Shown here: piece by piece, positions 11,253-21,784 of the stretch
Layout of the letters: each line of letters starts with the position of its first letter
Numbering within the stretch: position 1 is the first letter of the stretch
Source of the DNA: Acidobacteriota bacterium
GTDB taxonomy: Bacteria > Acidobacteriota > UBA890 > WLXD01
Assembly (NCBI GenBank): GCA_963666215.2
Contig: CAXWPL010000005.1
Location: forward strand, 32,001-96,000
DNA: 64,000 nucleotides
Direction of reading: 5' to 3'
Made by a program: the position numbers and the translations under genes
The notes under the pieces: model-generated
The model's database searches: none
The model's input: only the letters and a program-made list of their open reading frames with translations
What the model was told of the DNA's origin: nothing

Positions 11253-12611
11253 ATGAGCATCGTCGACGCTAAAGCTCAGAAAGATATCGAGACAGATATC
11301 GAGGCGAGCATCGAGCTCTCTCCGCCCCCCGCAGGCGACGGCCACGCGGCCCGGCTCGGACTCGATGTGGCGGCCATCCGTGCCGATTTTCCGATCCTGC
11401 AGAGGAAGGTGCACGGCGAGCCCCTCGTTTATCTCGACAACTCCGCCACGACGCAACGGCCCGAGGTGGTGATCAGCGCGATTGCCGACTTCTATCGAAC
11501 CTCGAACGCCAACGTCCACCGCGGCGTGCATGCGCTTTCAGAGGAGGCCACCGCCGCCTACGAGGGCGCCCGCGAAAAGGTGGCGGCGTTCATCAACGCC
11601 GACCAGACCCAAAGTGTGGTCTTCACCCGTAATACGACAGAGTCGATCAACCTCGTAGCCCACGCCTGGGGCCGCAAGCACCTCGGCGAGGGCGATGAGG
11701 TGCTGCTGAGCGTGTTGGAGCATCACTCCAACCTGGTGCCCTGGCAGATGCTCGCGCAGGCCACGGGTTGCACGCTGCGTTTTCTGGACATCGACGACGA
11801 GGGTCGGCTGCGACTCGATCAACTCCACGAGCAGGATCTGGATCTGCTCAACGACCGCACCCGCCTGGTGGCCATCACCCATGTCTCGAACGCTCTGGGG
11901 GCGATCAACCCGGTGCGCGAGATCGCCGATGCGGCCCACGCCAAGGGGGCTCTGCTGCTGGTTGACGGCGCCCAGGGAGTGCCGCATGCGCCGGTTGACG
12001 TGCAGGCGCTCGGAGCCGACTTCTACGCGTTCTCGCCGCACAAGGCGTGCGGCCCGATGGGCATCGGCGTGCTGTGGGCCAAGCGCGACCTACTGGAACA
12101 GATGGACCCGTTCCTCGGCGGCGGCGAGATGATCCGCGACGTCACGCTCGAGCGCAGCACCTGGGCCCAGGTTCCCTCCAAGTTCGAGGCCGGCACGCCG
12201 AGCGTCGCCGACGCGGTCGGACTGGGCGCCGCCATCGACTACCTGAGCGCGCTCGGCATGAACAACGTCCGCGCCCACGAGCAGCGTGTGGTGACATATC
12301 TGCTCGAGCGGCTCCAGGAGCTCCCGTTCCTGACACTGTACGGCCCGCGCGACCCGCAGGATGTGACGACCCGCTGCAGCGTGGCGTCGTTCAACGACAA
12401 CGACATCCACCCGCATGACCTCGGCACCATCCTCGATCGCTCGGGCATTGCGATTCGTGCCGGACACCACTGCGCCAAGCCACTCATGCGCCGACTCGGC
12501 GTGATGGCCACGGCGCGTGCTTCGTTCTACATCTACAACGACATCGATGAAGTCGATCTCTTGATCGACGCTTTGCGCGGGGCACGCAAGGTCTTCGGAC
12601 TGCCTGCGTAG
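11253..12611 (+). CDS. sufS: Cysteine desulfurase SufS
   Basis: YLDNSATTQ, EHHSNLVPW, FSPHK, RAGHHCA. Confidence 0.97.
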   Translation: MSIVDAKAQKDIETDIEASIELSPPPAGDGHAARLGLDVAAIRADFPILQRKVHGEPLVYLDNSATTQRPEVVISAIADFYRTSNANVHRGVHALSEEATAAYEGAREKVAAFINADQTQSVVFTRNTTESINLVAHAWGRKHLGEGDEVLLSVLEHHSNLVPWQMLAQATGCTLRFLDIDDEGRLRLDQLHEQDLDLLNDRTRLVAITHVSNALGAINPVREIADAAHAKGALLLVDGAQGVPHAPVDVQALGADFYAFSPHKACGPMGIGVLWAKRDLLEQMDPFLGGGEMIRDVTLERSTWAQVPSKFEAGTPSVADAVGLGAAIDYLSALGMNNVRAHEQRVVTYLLERLQELPFLTLYGPRDPQDVTTRCSVASFNDNDIHPHDLGTILDRSGIAIRAGHHCAKPLMRRLGVMATARASFYIYNDIDEVDLLIDALRGARKVFGLPA

Positions 12612-12670
12612 CGAACGCAGGAAAACGTTCCGCCAACCCGCGCTCCCGCGGAGCGGAAAGCAAGAAACTC

Positions 12671-13213
12671 ATGCAAGGACTCGACGAGCTCTATCGCGAG
12701 GTCATCCTCGACCACTACCGGACTCCGCACGGATCACAGGACGTTAGCGACCCCGACGTGGAAGTCGAAGGCTTCAATCCGCTGTGTGGCGACGAGCTCA
12801 AGATGCGTCTGCGTCTCGAGGCGCCGGCGGGGGCGGCAGACGGTGGAAACGGCCGCGTAGCGCGTGCGGTTGGTGCCGATCATCGGATCGCCGAGGTGCA
12901 GATCGAGCCCAACGGATGCTCGATCTCCGTCGCCTCGGCCTCGATGCTGGCTCAGCAGCTCACCGGGCGCACCATCGCCGAGGTCGTGACTCTCAAGGAG
13001 ACCTTCAAGGAGGTCATGCGCGGGGGCGATTGGCCCGAAGGAACCGACTTCGGCGATCTGGAAGCCCTCGAGGGCGTAAAGAACTTCCCCGTGCGCATCA
13101 AGTGCGCGCTGCTCGCCTGGATGACGCTCGAGCAGGCGCTCGCTCAGCTTGCCCCCGACGCTGTGGGGGAAATCGAAATCGACGCCGATATCGAGGTCCG
13201 AACGGCGGGCTGA
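12671..13213 (+). CDS. sufU: SUF sulfur-transfer protein SufU
   Basis: LYREVILDHY, NPLCGD, GCSIS, RIKCALLAW. Confidence 0.93.
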   Translation: MQGLDELYREVILDHYRTPHGSQDVSDPDVEVEGFNPLCGDELKMRLRLEAPAGAADGGNGRVARAVGADHRIAEVQIEPNGCSISVASASMLAQQLTGRTIAEVVTLKETFKEVMRGGDWPEGTDFGDLEALEGVKNFPVRIKCALLAWMTLEQALAQLAPDAVGEIEIDADIEVRTAG

Positions 13214-13284
13214 TCCGCCGCTGCCGATTGTCCCAATTCTCCCGCTTGTGAAGAGACCGAAAACGCGGCCGACAGGAGGCTGAT

Positions 13285-13602
13285 ATGCCGATTCCATCCA
13301 AAGAAGACATCATCGAGTCGCTCAAGCCGATCATCGACCCCGAGCTTGGCATCTCCATCGTCGACCTTGGGCTGATCTACGACGTCGAGCCGGATGACGA
13401 GAAGAAGGCGGTGCGCGTGAAGATGACACTCACCTCACCCGCCTGCCCCGTGGGCCCGCAGATCATGGGCGCGATCCACTCGCAGTGCTTGCAGCTCGAG
13501 GACGTCGACGACGTCGACCTGCAGCTCGTCTGGACACCACCATGGGATCCGCGGACCATGGCCACCGAGGATGTCCGCATGATGCTGGGGATCTGGGAGT
13601 AG
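13285..13602 (+). CDS. sufT: DUF59 / SufT metal-sulfur cluster maturation protein
   Basis: [30 protein letters not shown]. Confidence 0.9.
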   Translation: MPIPSKEDIIESLKPIIDPELGISIVDLGLIYDVEPDDEKKAVRVKMTLTSPACPVGPQIMGAIHSQCLQLEDVDDVDLQLVWTPPWDPRTMATEDVRMMLGIWE

Positions 13603-13720
13603 CCGACCCGGGGCAGTGCCCGCAGCGCGGCCGTGTCAATATTCGACCGGCTCGGCGCGACACGCGTCGCGTCTCGAGAACCTTGCCGCGTACGAGCAAG
13701 GCCAACCACGGAGCTGCGGA

Positions 13721-15587
13721 ATGATCGGCAAGACTTCCGCGCACTACAAGATCCTCGAGAAGATCGGCGCCGGCGGGATGGGCGCGGTTTATCTCGCCGA
13801 GGACACCAACCTCGGACGCCGCGTGGCGGTCAAGTTCCTCTCTGAGGACCTCGAGCTCGACCCCGAGATGCTCGAGCGCTTCAAGCGCGAGGCACGCGCC
13901 GCCTCGGTACTCAACCACCCGGGGATCTGCACGGTCCATGTCGCCGGAGCAAGCGCGCGGCAAGCTCACCGATTCGCGTACCGACATCTTCTCGTTCGGC
14001 ACCGTGCTCTATCAGATGGCGACAGGCTCGGTGCCGTTTCAGGGCGACACGCAGGCGGTCGTCTTCGAAGCCATCCTCAATCGGGATCCGCGCCCGCTCG
14101 CCGAGCTCAGCTCCTCGGCGCCTCCCGCGCTCGGTCGCATCCTCGACAAGGCGCTCGAGAAAGACCGCAACCTGCGCTACCAGACCGCGACCGAGCTGAA
14201 GACCGATCTGCTGCGCCTCAAGCGTGATCTCGACTCCGACCGTCGGCGAGCAACCGAGCTATCCGACTCCAAAGGCAGCGTCGCGAGGCAGGCGGAGAGA
14301 TCGATCGCCGTTCTCTACTTCGAGAATCTGAGCGGCGCGAAGGACGACGAGTACTTCCACGACGGCATCACCGAGGACATCATCACCGAGCTGTCGAAGA
14401 TCAGAGGCCTGAACATCTTCTCGCGGCCCACGGTGCTCGCCTACCGCGACAAGCCGGTGACCCCCGCCCAGATCGGCCAGCAGCTGCAGGCGAGTCACGT
14501 ACTGGCCGGAAGCCTGCGCCGCGCCGGCAACCGTCTCCGTATCACGACCCAACTCGTCGACACCCAGACGGATTTCCCACTCTGGTCGGAGCGCTACGAC
14601 CGCGAGATGGAGGACGTCTTCGAGCTGCAGGACGAGATCGCCCGCAAGATCGCCGAGGCGCTGCGCATTACGCTCTCGCCACAGGAGGAACAGGAGCTCG
14701 CGGCCAAGCCCACCGACAACCTGCAGGCGTACGACCTCTACCTTCGCGGCCGCAGCTACGCCCGCCGGCTGACCCGCCAGGACATGGAGTTCGCGCTCCA
14801 GATGTTCGAGAACGCGGCCACTCAGGACGCGAATTTCGCCTTGGCCTATGCCGCGATCGCTCAAGCCTCCGCCTACTACCACTGCCACTATTCTCGCGAA
14901 GAGGTCTGGATCGATCGCGCCCGGGTTGCTTCGCAGCGCGCGGTCGCATTGCAGCCCGAAGTACCGGAGGGCATGGTCGCCCAGGCCTGGATCCTCTACG
15001 CCAAGGGGGAGTACGCCGAGGCGATCCAGATCGTGCGAGCCGTCATCGAGCGCAAGCGCGACTGCGAGGGCGCCTACTACCTGCTGCTGCGCGCGCTCTT
15101 TGCCTCGGGCAACTACCAGGAGGTCGCGAACCTGGCCGACACGGCGCTCGAGGCCGCCGGCGACGACTACAACGTTTACGTTCCGATCAAGAACTCGCTG
15201 CACGCCCTGGGCAAGGAGGAAGCGTTGAAGAACCTCCGCCAGCGGACCATACAGGTATACGAGACTCACCTTCGCCAGGTACCCGAAGACGCCCGAGCGC
15301 GGATCCTCCTGTCGAGCGACTATGCCGAGGAGGGCAGATCCGACGACGCCATGCGGGAGGCGAATCTGGCCATGCTGCTGCGCCCCAACGAGGCCTCGGT
15401 TCACTACAACGCCGCTTGCACCTTCTGCGCTCTCAACAAGAGAGACGAGGGCATGGACGCCATTCGTAAGGCGTGGCGCGCCGGCTTCAAGGACGCCGAT
15501 TGGGCGCGGAACGATCAGGATCTACAGCTGCTGCACAGCCTGCCGGAGTTCGACGAGCTCTATCCCGAGAAGAGCGCCGACGGCTGA
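13721..15587 (+). pseudogene. Ser/Thr kinase-TolB-like-TPR gene with an internal deletion of the catalytic core
   Basis: N-lobe ([22 protein letters not shown]) joins out of frame at CATG 13937-13940 to MSPEQARG; HRD and DFG are absent. The downstream SIAVLYFENLS/TPR part is open (13938-15587). Confidence 0.85.
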
Positions 15588-15606
15588 GGCGCTCCGCCAC
15601 GGCGGG

Positions 15607-18600
15607 CTAGCGCCGTCCGTCCTCGCCGGCGACTCCCGGCAATCCCACCGGCTCGTCGTCCCACCACCACAGCGCCGGCAACGGCCGCTGCCGCGGGTAG
15701 GTTTCGTCGAGGGTGTCGCCCTCGTGGAGACGTCCGTTGATCATCACATGCTCGATGGTGTTGGTGTTGCGGATGTCGTCGAGCGGGTTTTCTTGAAGAA
15801 TCACGAGATCGGCGAGCTTGCCCGGCTCGATGGAGCCTAGGTCGTTGTCGAGCCCGATGGCCTCGGCGCCGAAGATCGTGGCAATTCGCAGGGCGTCGTG
15901 CTCGCTGAGGCCGCCCGACTGCAGCGCCCACAGCTCCCAGTGGTAGCCGAGGCCCTGGAGCTGGCCGTGGCTGCCGACGCCCGCCCTACCACCCGCCTCG
16001 ACGAGGTCGCGCACGAACTGTGCGTGACGGCTGAAGACGTGCTGATCGGTACGGAACCACTGACCACGCCGCATCGTGCGGACGTCGACCTCGTCGTGCG
16101 GCGTGAAGCGGCGCAGCTTGGCGCTGTCGTGCGGGTTCTCGCGGCTGTAGAAGTAGTTCTCGGCCCAGGGGCCGCCGTACGACACCAGTAGCGTGGGCGT
16201 GTACACCCGCCCGCTCTCGACGAAGAGCTTCACCACGTCGTCGTAGAGCGGGAAGATCGGCAACGAGTGCTCGAGCCCCGGGTAGCCGTCGATGGTCTCG
16301 GTGAGGTTCTGCTTGATGTTGAGCGAGCCCTCCGTGGTGGGCATGAGCTTCAGCTCGCGGGCCGCCATGATGATCCACTGGCGCACCTTGCGAGTGCCGG
16401 CGACGTACATCTTGATGGTGTTGGTGTCGAAGTAGTCGGAGTACCGCGACAGCAGCTTCTTGGCCTCCTCTTCGCTGCTGATCGCGTCTTGCCAGAAAAC
16501 TCCGGGGCCTGTGGAGTAGATCCGCGGCCCCAGAACGCTCCCGGCGCGCACCATGTCGGAGTACGACAGCACCTCGGTGTTGCCGGTCTGCGGGTCGCGT
16601 GTGGTGGTGACACCGTACGCGAGGTTGGCGAGAAACGGCCAAACGTCGGTGCGATGCAGGCCATCGCGCGCCCGCAAATGGGCGTGCGCATCGACGAAGC
16701 CGGGCACGATGGTCCGGCCCGAGACGTCGATGACCTCGGCGTCGGACGGCACGTCCACGCTGCCGCGCGCGCCAACCGCCGCAATGCGGTTGTTACGCAC
16801 AACGATGTCGGCGTTCTCGATGACCTCTCGATCTTTCGACGGATCCATCGTGATGACTCGCGCACCGCGCAACACGGCGACCGACGAAGGCATGTCGCGC
16901 TCGGCCTCGATGGCGACACGCACCTCGATCGGCTCGTAGCGCGGCTCTTCGTCCTCATCCTCGTCCTCGCCCTCGTCGGAGTCGTCGGCGGTGGCCGGCT
17001 CATCCGCGTCGTCGGCGTCGGCGTCGGCGCCGCTTTCCTCCTCAGCCTCCTTTGCCTCCTCCGCGGCCTTCTTCTCGGCTTCGACTCGCTCCTCGAACGC
17101 CCTGGCCGCGTCCACGTCGTAGGTGAAGAAGGCGTTGCCGAGCGACCAGTGGACCTTACGGCCGTCGGCGCCCCAGGCCGGAAACTCGCCACCAATCTCG
17201 GTGAGCTGGCGAGCCGGCAGCGCCGCGCTGTCGGGGTCGCCAACGTTGATCGTTGGAGTGGAGCCGATCTGCGTCACCGTCAGCGTGTACAGCTGGTTCT
17301 GAATCAGCGCCATCGCCTGGTCGCCGCGTGGTGCCATACGAATGGTGTCGGGCGACAGCGCCTGCGGGGAAGCCGGCGGCGTAGGGCCACGAACCTTGAC
17401 GTGCTCCCGCTCATCGGTGCCGTCCCAGCGGATTGAGACGAGCGTGTCGGGAGACTTGAAGAGGTAGATGCGGTCGTCGGACGCTTGCCCGGCCTGCGCG
17501 GCTTGGACGAAGTGGGGGTCGCCACGGTCATCGCTCGGGGCGATCAGGGTCGCCGGCCCGCCGCTATCGGCGTCGGGCGGGTTGGAGTCGACCCAAACGA
17601 TCTCGTTGACCGGCGCGCCCGCCGCACCAATCGTCTTGAACGCCTGGGCGAAGCCACGCAACGCCACAACGCGCCCGTTCGGCGCCCAGGCGGGCGAGAA
17701 ATAGGTGCCCGGATCACGCGTTAGTCGTGTACTCGTTCCACCGCTTGCCGCGACCTTGTAGAGGTGACCCGCCTCGCCGTCCCAGGTGGCATAAGCAATC
17801 GACGTTCCGTCGGGCGACCAGGCCGGAAAGTGCTCCGACATGTCCGCCGACGTCAGCCGCCGAGGGCCCGTGCCGTCGGCGTTCGCCACCCAGAGGCGAT
17901 CGAGCGCCGTGAAGGCAATCGAGCCTCCATCGGGCGAAGGCACGGCGTCGCGGATCTGACGCACGGTGAAGGTCGGGCTGTCGTCGATCGGGTAGTCGAA
18001 GTCGAGCCGCGCGCCGAGCTCCAGGTCGAAACGCACGCGGAACGGGATTTCCACGGAAGAGCCGGCGGTGCTGGCATCTGCATTCACCGCGAGCCTCCAG
18101 ATCTTGCCGCCGTACGAGGCAACGAGATGCCGTGAGTCGGGCGTGAACGACATCCCCGGCAGCACGTCGAGAGCGGCACGCGACTCCTGGTCGTCGTGCT
18201 GAACGGGGTACGCGAGCCAGCGCTCGACGCCGCTCTCGAGATTCCGCAGCACGAGACCCGTCTGGTCCTCGTGGCGGGTGCCGTACACCAGCCAGCGGCC
18301 GTCGTCTGAGAGCGTTGGCCGAAAGCCCGAACCGTAGCGCAGAGATCGCGGGTAGCGGTTGCCTGTCTCGCGATCGTAGACCTCCAGCTGGTACTGCGGC
18401 ATCGGGGCGTTATAGGTCCAGTCGCCCGTGCGGCGGGCATACCAAATGTGACGACCGTCCGGCGCGGCGGCGAGGCCGGTGACCTTCAGGTTCTCGGGTT
18501 CGCTGAACAGCTGTACGCCGCTGCCGCCGTCGACGTGGTACAGCCACGGCTTTGGAAGCGCTCCGCCTCGAAAAGACCCCTTTGCCACAACGATGTACTT

Positions 18601-19125
18601 GCCGTCGGGGGTCCAGTCCGGAGACTCGACGCGGTTCGTCTCTCCCTTCGAGACCTGCTTCGGATCCGAACCGTCTGCGTTGATCAGCCAGATGTTCTGA
18701 CCACCGTCGCGATCCGACGTGAACACGATGCGCTCGCCGTCGGGCGAGTAGCGCGGCTGGGCATCGAACGCCATGCCCGAGGTCAAGCGCGTGGCGTCGC
18801 CTCCGCCGATCGGAATCGAGAACAAATCGCCGAGGTAGTCGAAGACCATCGTTTGCCCGTCGGGGCTGACGTCGATCGACAGCCAGCTTCCTTCGGTCAG
18901 GTCGATGGCGACCGTGCGATCGACCGGCAGTGGCAGATCGCCGTTCTTGTCTTCCTCGCCCTCTTGATCGTCGTGGTTGTTCCGATGAGCCTCGTCGGCG
19001 TCAACGCGACCGCGAGTAGGCGAGCCGTGCAGTCGCTGCCCGACGGCCGGCGTTGCCAAGGCCTGCAGCACCATGGCGACGAACAAGAGAAGAGACGTTG
19101 GCTGTCGGAAGCGAAGCGAATGCAT
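15607..19125 (-). CDS. Secreted amidohydrolase with PD40/TolB-like beta-propeller repeats
   Basis: GGAGAA RBS and signal peptide; repeated P-x-W/Y-SPDG; PGFVDAHAH, GSHGQLQG, GSIEPGKLADLVIL; acidic linker between the domains. Confidence 0.9.
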   Translation of the reverse strand: MHSLRFRQPTSLLLFVAMVLQALATPAVGQRLHGSPTRGRVDADEAHRNNHDDQEGEEDKNGDLPLPVDRTVAIDLTEGSWLSIDVSPDGQTMVFDYLGDLFSIPIGGGDATRLTSGMAFDAQPRYSPDGERIVFTSDRDGGQNIWLINADGSDPKQVSKGETNRVESPDWTPDGKYIVVAKGSFRGGALPKPWLYHVDGGSGVQLFSEPENLKVTGLAAAPDGRHIWYARRTGDWTYNAPMPQYQLEVYDRETGNRYPRSLRYGSGFRPTLSDDGRWLVYGTRHEDQTGLVLRNLESGVERWLAYPVQHDDQESRAALDVLPGMSFTPDSRHLVASYGGKIWRLAVNADASTAGSSVEIPFRVRFDLELGARLDFDYPIDDSPTFTVRQIRDAVPSPDGGSIAFTALDRLWVANADGTGPRRLTSADMSEHFPAWSPDGTSIAYATWDGEAGHLYKVAASGGTSTRLTRDPGTYFSPAWAPNGRVVALRGFAQAFKTIGAAGAPVNEIVWVDSNPPDADSGGPATLIAPSDDRGDPHFVQAAQAGQASDDRIYLFKSPDTLVSIRWDGTDEREHVKVRGPTPPASPQALSPDTIRMAPRGDQAMALIQNQLYTLTVTQIGSTPTINVGDPDSAALPARQLTEIGGEFPAWGADGRKVHWSLGNAFFTYDVDAARAFEERVEAEKKAAEEAKEAEEESGADADADDADEPATADDSDEGEDEDEDEEPRYEPIEVRVAIEAERDMPSSVAVLRGARVITMDPSKDREVIENADIVVRNNRIAAVGARGSVDVPSDAEVIDVSGRTIVPGFVDAHAHLRARDGLHRTDVWPFLANLAYGVTTTRDPQTGNTEVLSYSDMVRAGSVLGPRIYSTGPGVFWQDAISSEEEAKKLLSRYSDYFDTNTIKMYVAGTRKVRQWIIMAARELKLMPTTEGSLNIKQNLTETIDGYPGLEHSLPIFPLYDDVVKLFVESGRVYTPTLLVSYGGPWAENYFYSRENPHDSAKLRRFTPHDEVDVRTMRRGQWFRTDQHVFSRHAQFVRDLVEAGGRAGVGSHGQLQGLGYHWELWALQSGGLSEHDALRIATIFGAEAIGLDNDLGSIEPGKLADLVILQENPLDDIRNTNTIEHVMINGRLHEGDTLDETYPRQRPLPALWWWDDEPVGLPGVAGEDGRR

Positions 19126-19473
19126 GGAACTTCTCCAGGGAGATCTGCAACGAAGCCTTCGAGGTCGGCCCGTCCGTCGGAGCTCGACACTCGTCACCGG
19201 CAGGCGAAAAGCGCGACACGAGGGCGCGCACGCAGCGCCCGTGAGGGCATGAAATCGATCGGCGTCGCGTGTGTCAATTCGGCGTCGGCGGTCGCCCACG
19301 ACGAATGCCAGTCAATCTGTCCGCCGGGAGATCGCCAACGACCCCTGCGGTCCACAGGCCACTTTCCGGAGGCTCCTCAGGGTCTACGGATGCCGTATAG
19401 TTTGCGAGCTTGGGACAGTGGTGCGCGACTCAGCGCCAGTTCCGTCGAATCGACTCGGGAGGCCGCGGGTAAG

Positions 19474-20836
19474 ATGGGGCGCAAGAAGTACGGCCGCTAT
19501 GAGGTGCTCGAGACGCTCGGGCGCGGTGCCATGGGGGTGGTGTACCTGGCGAAAGACCCGGTCATCGGCCGCCGTGTCGCCCTCAAGATCATCCGCGAAG
19601 ACATCGACCTCGAGGAAGCCGATCTCGAACAGCTGGAGGCTCGCTTCCGACGCGAGTTCCACTCCGCCGGGATCTTGTCGCACCCCAACATCGTCACCGT
19701 TTTCGATGTCGGCGTCGAAGACAGCGCCTCGTACATCGCCATGGAGTACATCGACGGCGACAGTCTCGAAAAGATCTTGAAGTCCAGCAGAAAGCTCACG
19801 GCGGCCGAGATTGGCGACCTCGCCAAACAGATCGGTAGCGGACTCGACTACGCCCACAAGAATGGCGTGATCCACCGCGACATCAAGCCCGCCAACATCA
19901 TGATCGACGACCACTTCCGACCGAAGATCAGCGACTTCGGCGTGGCCAAGCTCGACTCCACCGGCATGACACAAACCGGCACCTTGCTCGGCACGCCGGC
20001 CTACATGTCACCCGAGCAGGTCACTGGCAGGAAGGTCGCGGCGGCGTCGGATCAGTTTTCAATGGCCGTGATTCTGTTCGAGTTGCTCACCGGCGACCGC
20101 CCCTTCGAGGGCACGACTCCGACAACTCTCATGTAGTCAGATCGTCCACGAGCAGCCGCGATCGGCGCGCTCGGTGAACGCCCAGCTGTCGCAGCAGGCC
20201 GATGAGGTGTTGGCGCGTGGGCTCGCCAAAGACGCGTCGCATCGCTTCCCCGGTTGCGAAGCGCTCGGCGAGGCCATCGACGCCGCGCTGCGCGGCACCT
20301 ACGTTGAAGCTCCGGCGACGAGCGCGTCATCCGTGGGCGTCGACACCCGCCCCGATGACGCCACGCAGGTGCTGTCGGGCGTGACGATGCCCGCAGCGCC
20401 GGCCGCAATGGCGCCACCATCAGGCACGCCGGCCGCCGGCCCGATGACCGCCCCCGGCGTGGGCCAAACCGCATCAAGGCGGACGCCACGCCCCATCGAT
20501 AGCACCAGCCCCGTGCAGAAGGCGCGTCGCGGTAAAAAGCCCGTGCGCTACTACCTGGGTGACGTCGTTAGCAGACGGCGCAAGCAGCGCCGGCGCATCG
20601 TGTGGGTGCTGCTGGCGGTGGTGCTGACGGGTGGCTACTTCATGTGGCGGCAGGGCATGCTGCCCATGGAGCGGCTGCAGCCGTACCTCGACGCGGCAAT
20701 CACGCGCACAGAGTCGCTGCTCGGAGTGGAGATCCCTCGTGGAGAGGCCGAAAGCGAGTCGACCAGCGAGTCGGTCAGCGAAGATGCCGCGATCGACTCA
20801 GATCCGGCCGAAGGCGACGGCGCCGCGCCGCAATAA
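19474..20836 (+). pseudogene. Membrane-anchored Hanks-type Ser/Thr kinase with a 1-bp frameshift (or sequence error)
   Basis: LGRGAMG, HRDIKPAN, DFG, YMSPEQ. ATGTAGTCAG at 20131: removing G20136 gives M-Y-Q-I-V-H-E and joins ORF 20174-20836, which has a TM segment. Confidence 0.85.
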
Positions 20837-21054
20837 GCGCGCGGCGGGTCGCGGGTGTGGACGGCACCGCACAGCGTCAGCTCGCCGGATTGACAGCTCG
20901 CCAACTCGTCGCCGCACAGCGCGGCTCCGAAGCATCGTTGAGCCCACGCGCGTGGGCCAAATGCCCGCCAACGGCGCGAGGCGTTGTGGTAATCTCAATC
21001 GAACTCGCGGCACACGTAACAGCCCTGCCAACTGTCGCCCGTTTTCGAGCCTCA

Positions 21055-21666
21055 ATGATGTCCGGAATTAGCCTCCGTCCACGTTTCCACGCCCCAGGTG
21101 CAGCTCGAGTGGCGGGCGCGTGGCTCCTCGCTGTCATCGTCGGCCTCGTGGCTGGCGCCCTCCTGCCCGGCGCCCTAGCTCAATCGGCTGTGGCACCGAG
21201 CGGCGACGAGGTGCTGTTCGCACTTCGGGACGTCAGCCTCGGGCTGGATGCCTTGCGGGTGCGCAGCGCACTGGCAACCGAGGCCGGCGGTAGCGCACTC
21301 CTGCAGCTCGACGACGGCACTCTGGTTGGCGTGCAACTCGTATCGGTCGCCGACGGCTGGTCGGTACGCGATATCTCGCTGGTGGCTGGCAACCCCGACT
21401 CGTTCCACTCATGGCGCGAACCATGGGAGCAACGCGTGGCGGCGGCCGAGACGCTGCTGTCGGTGCTCGACTCCGGAGGCGGGCCGGCGAGCACTCGAGA
21501 GGCGCGCGAGCTCGCCCCGCTGGCTTGGTTCGAGGATCCGAACGAGAGCCAACGACTGTGGGGCATGAACCCGGTCACGTTCCGCATGATGCAGGCACTG
21601 CGCATGATGCCGGCAACGCCGATGAGCGGCGGCAGCGCAACGAACCCGGTTCCGCGCAATCAATAG
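21055..21666 (+). CDS. Hypothetical exported protein
   Basis: Hydrophobic signal ending ALA-Q; no known motif; start uncertain. Confidence 0.5.
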   Translation: MMSGISLRPRFHAPGAARVAGAWLLAVIVGLVAGALLPGALAQSAVAPSGDEVLFALRDVSLGLDALRVRSALATEAGGSALLQLDDGTLVGVQLVSVADGWSVRDISLVAGNPDSFHSWREPWEQRVAAAETLLSVLDSGGGPASTREARELAPLAWFEDPNESQRLWGMNPVTFRMMQALRMMPATPMSGGSATNPVPRNQ

Positions 21667-21784
21667 ACTCCGTCGGCGGCAGTCTCCGCGACCTGTGAGC
21701 TCCGAAGGCCAGCGCCGGGCGAACGGGAATCGGGTCATCATGCTCACCGCGTCGGTTCTGATCCCGCTCTTTTTCGGCGCTTCT

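Noticed and set aside
16945-17095. Low-complexity repeat within the amidohydrolase
   Set aside because: It encodes an ordinary Asp/Glu/Ala-rich interdomain linker.
18448-19473. Long N-terminal extension on the kinase ORF 18448-20136
   Set aside because: It overlaps the amidohydrolase antisense; the kinase starts at ATG 19474 after GGAGG.
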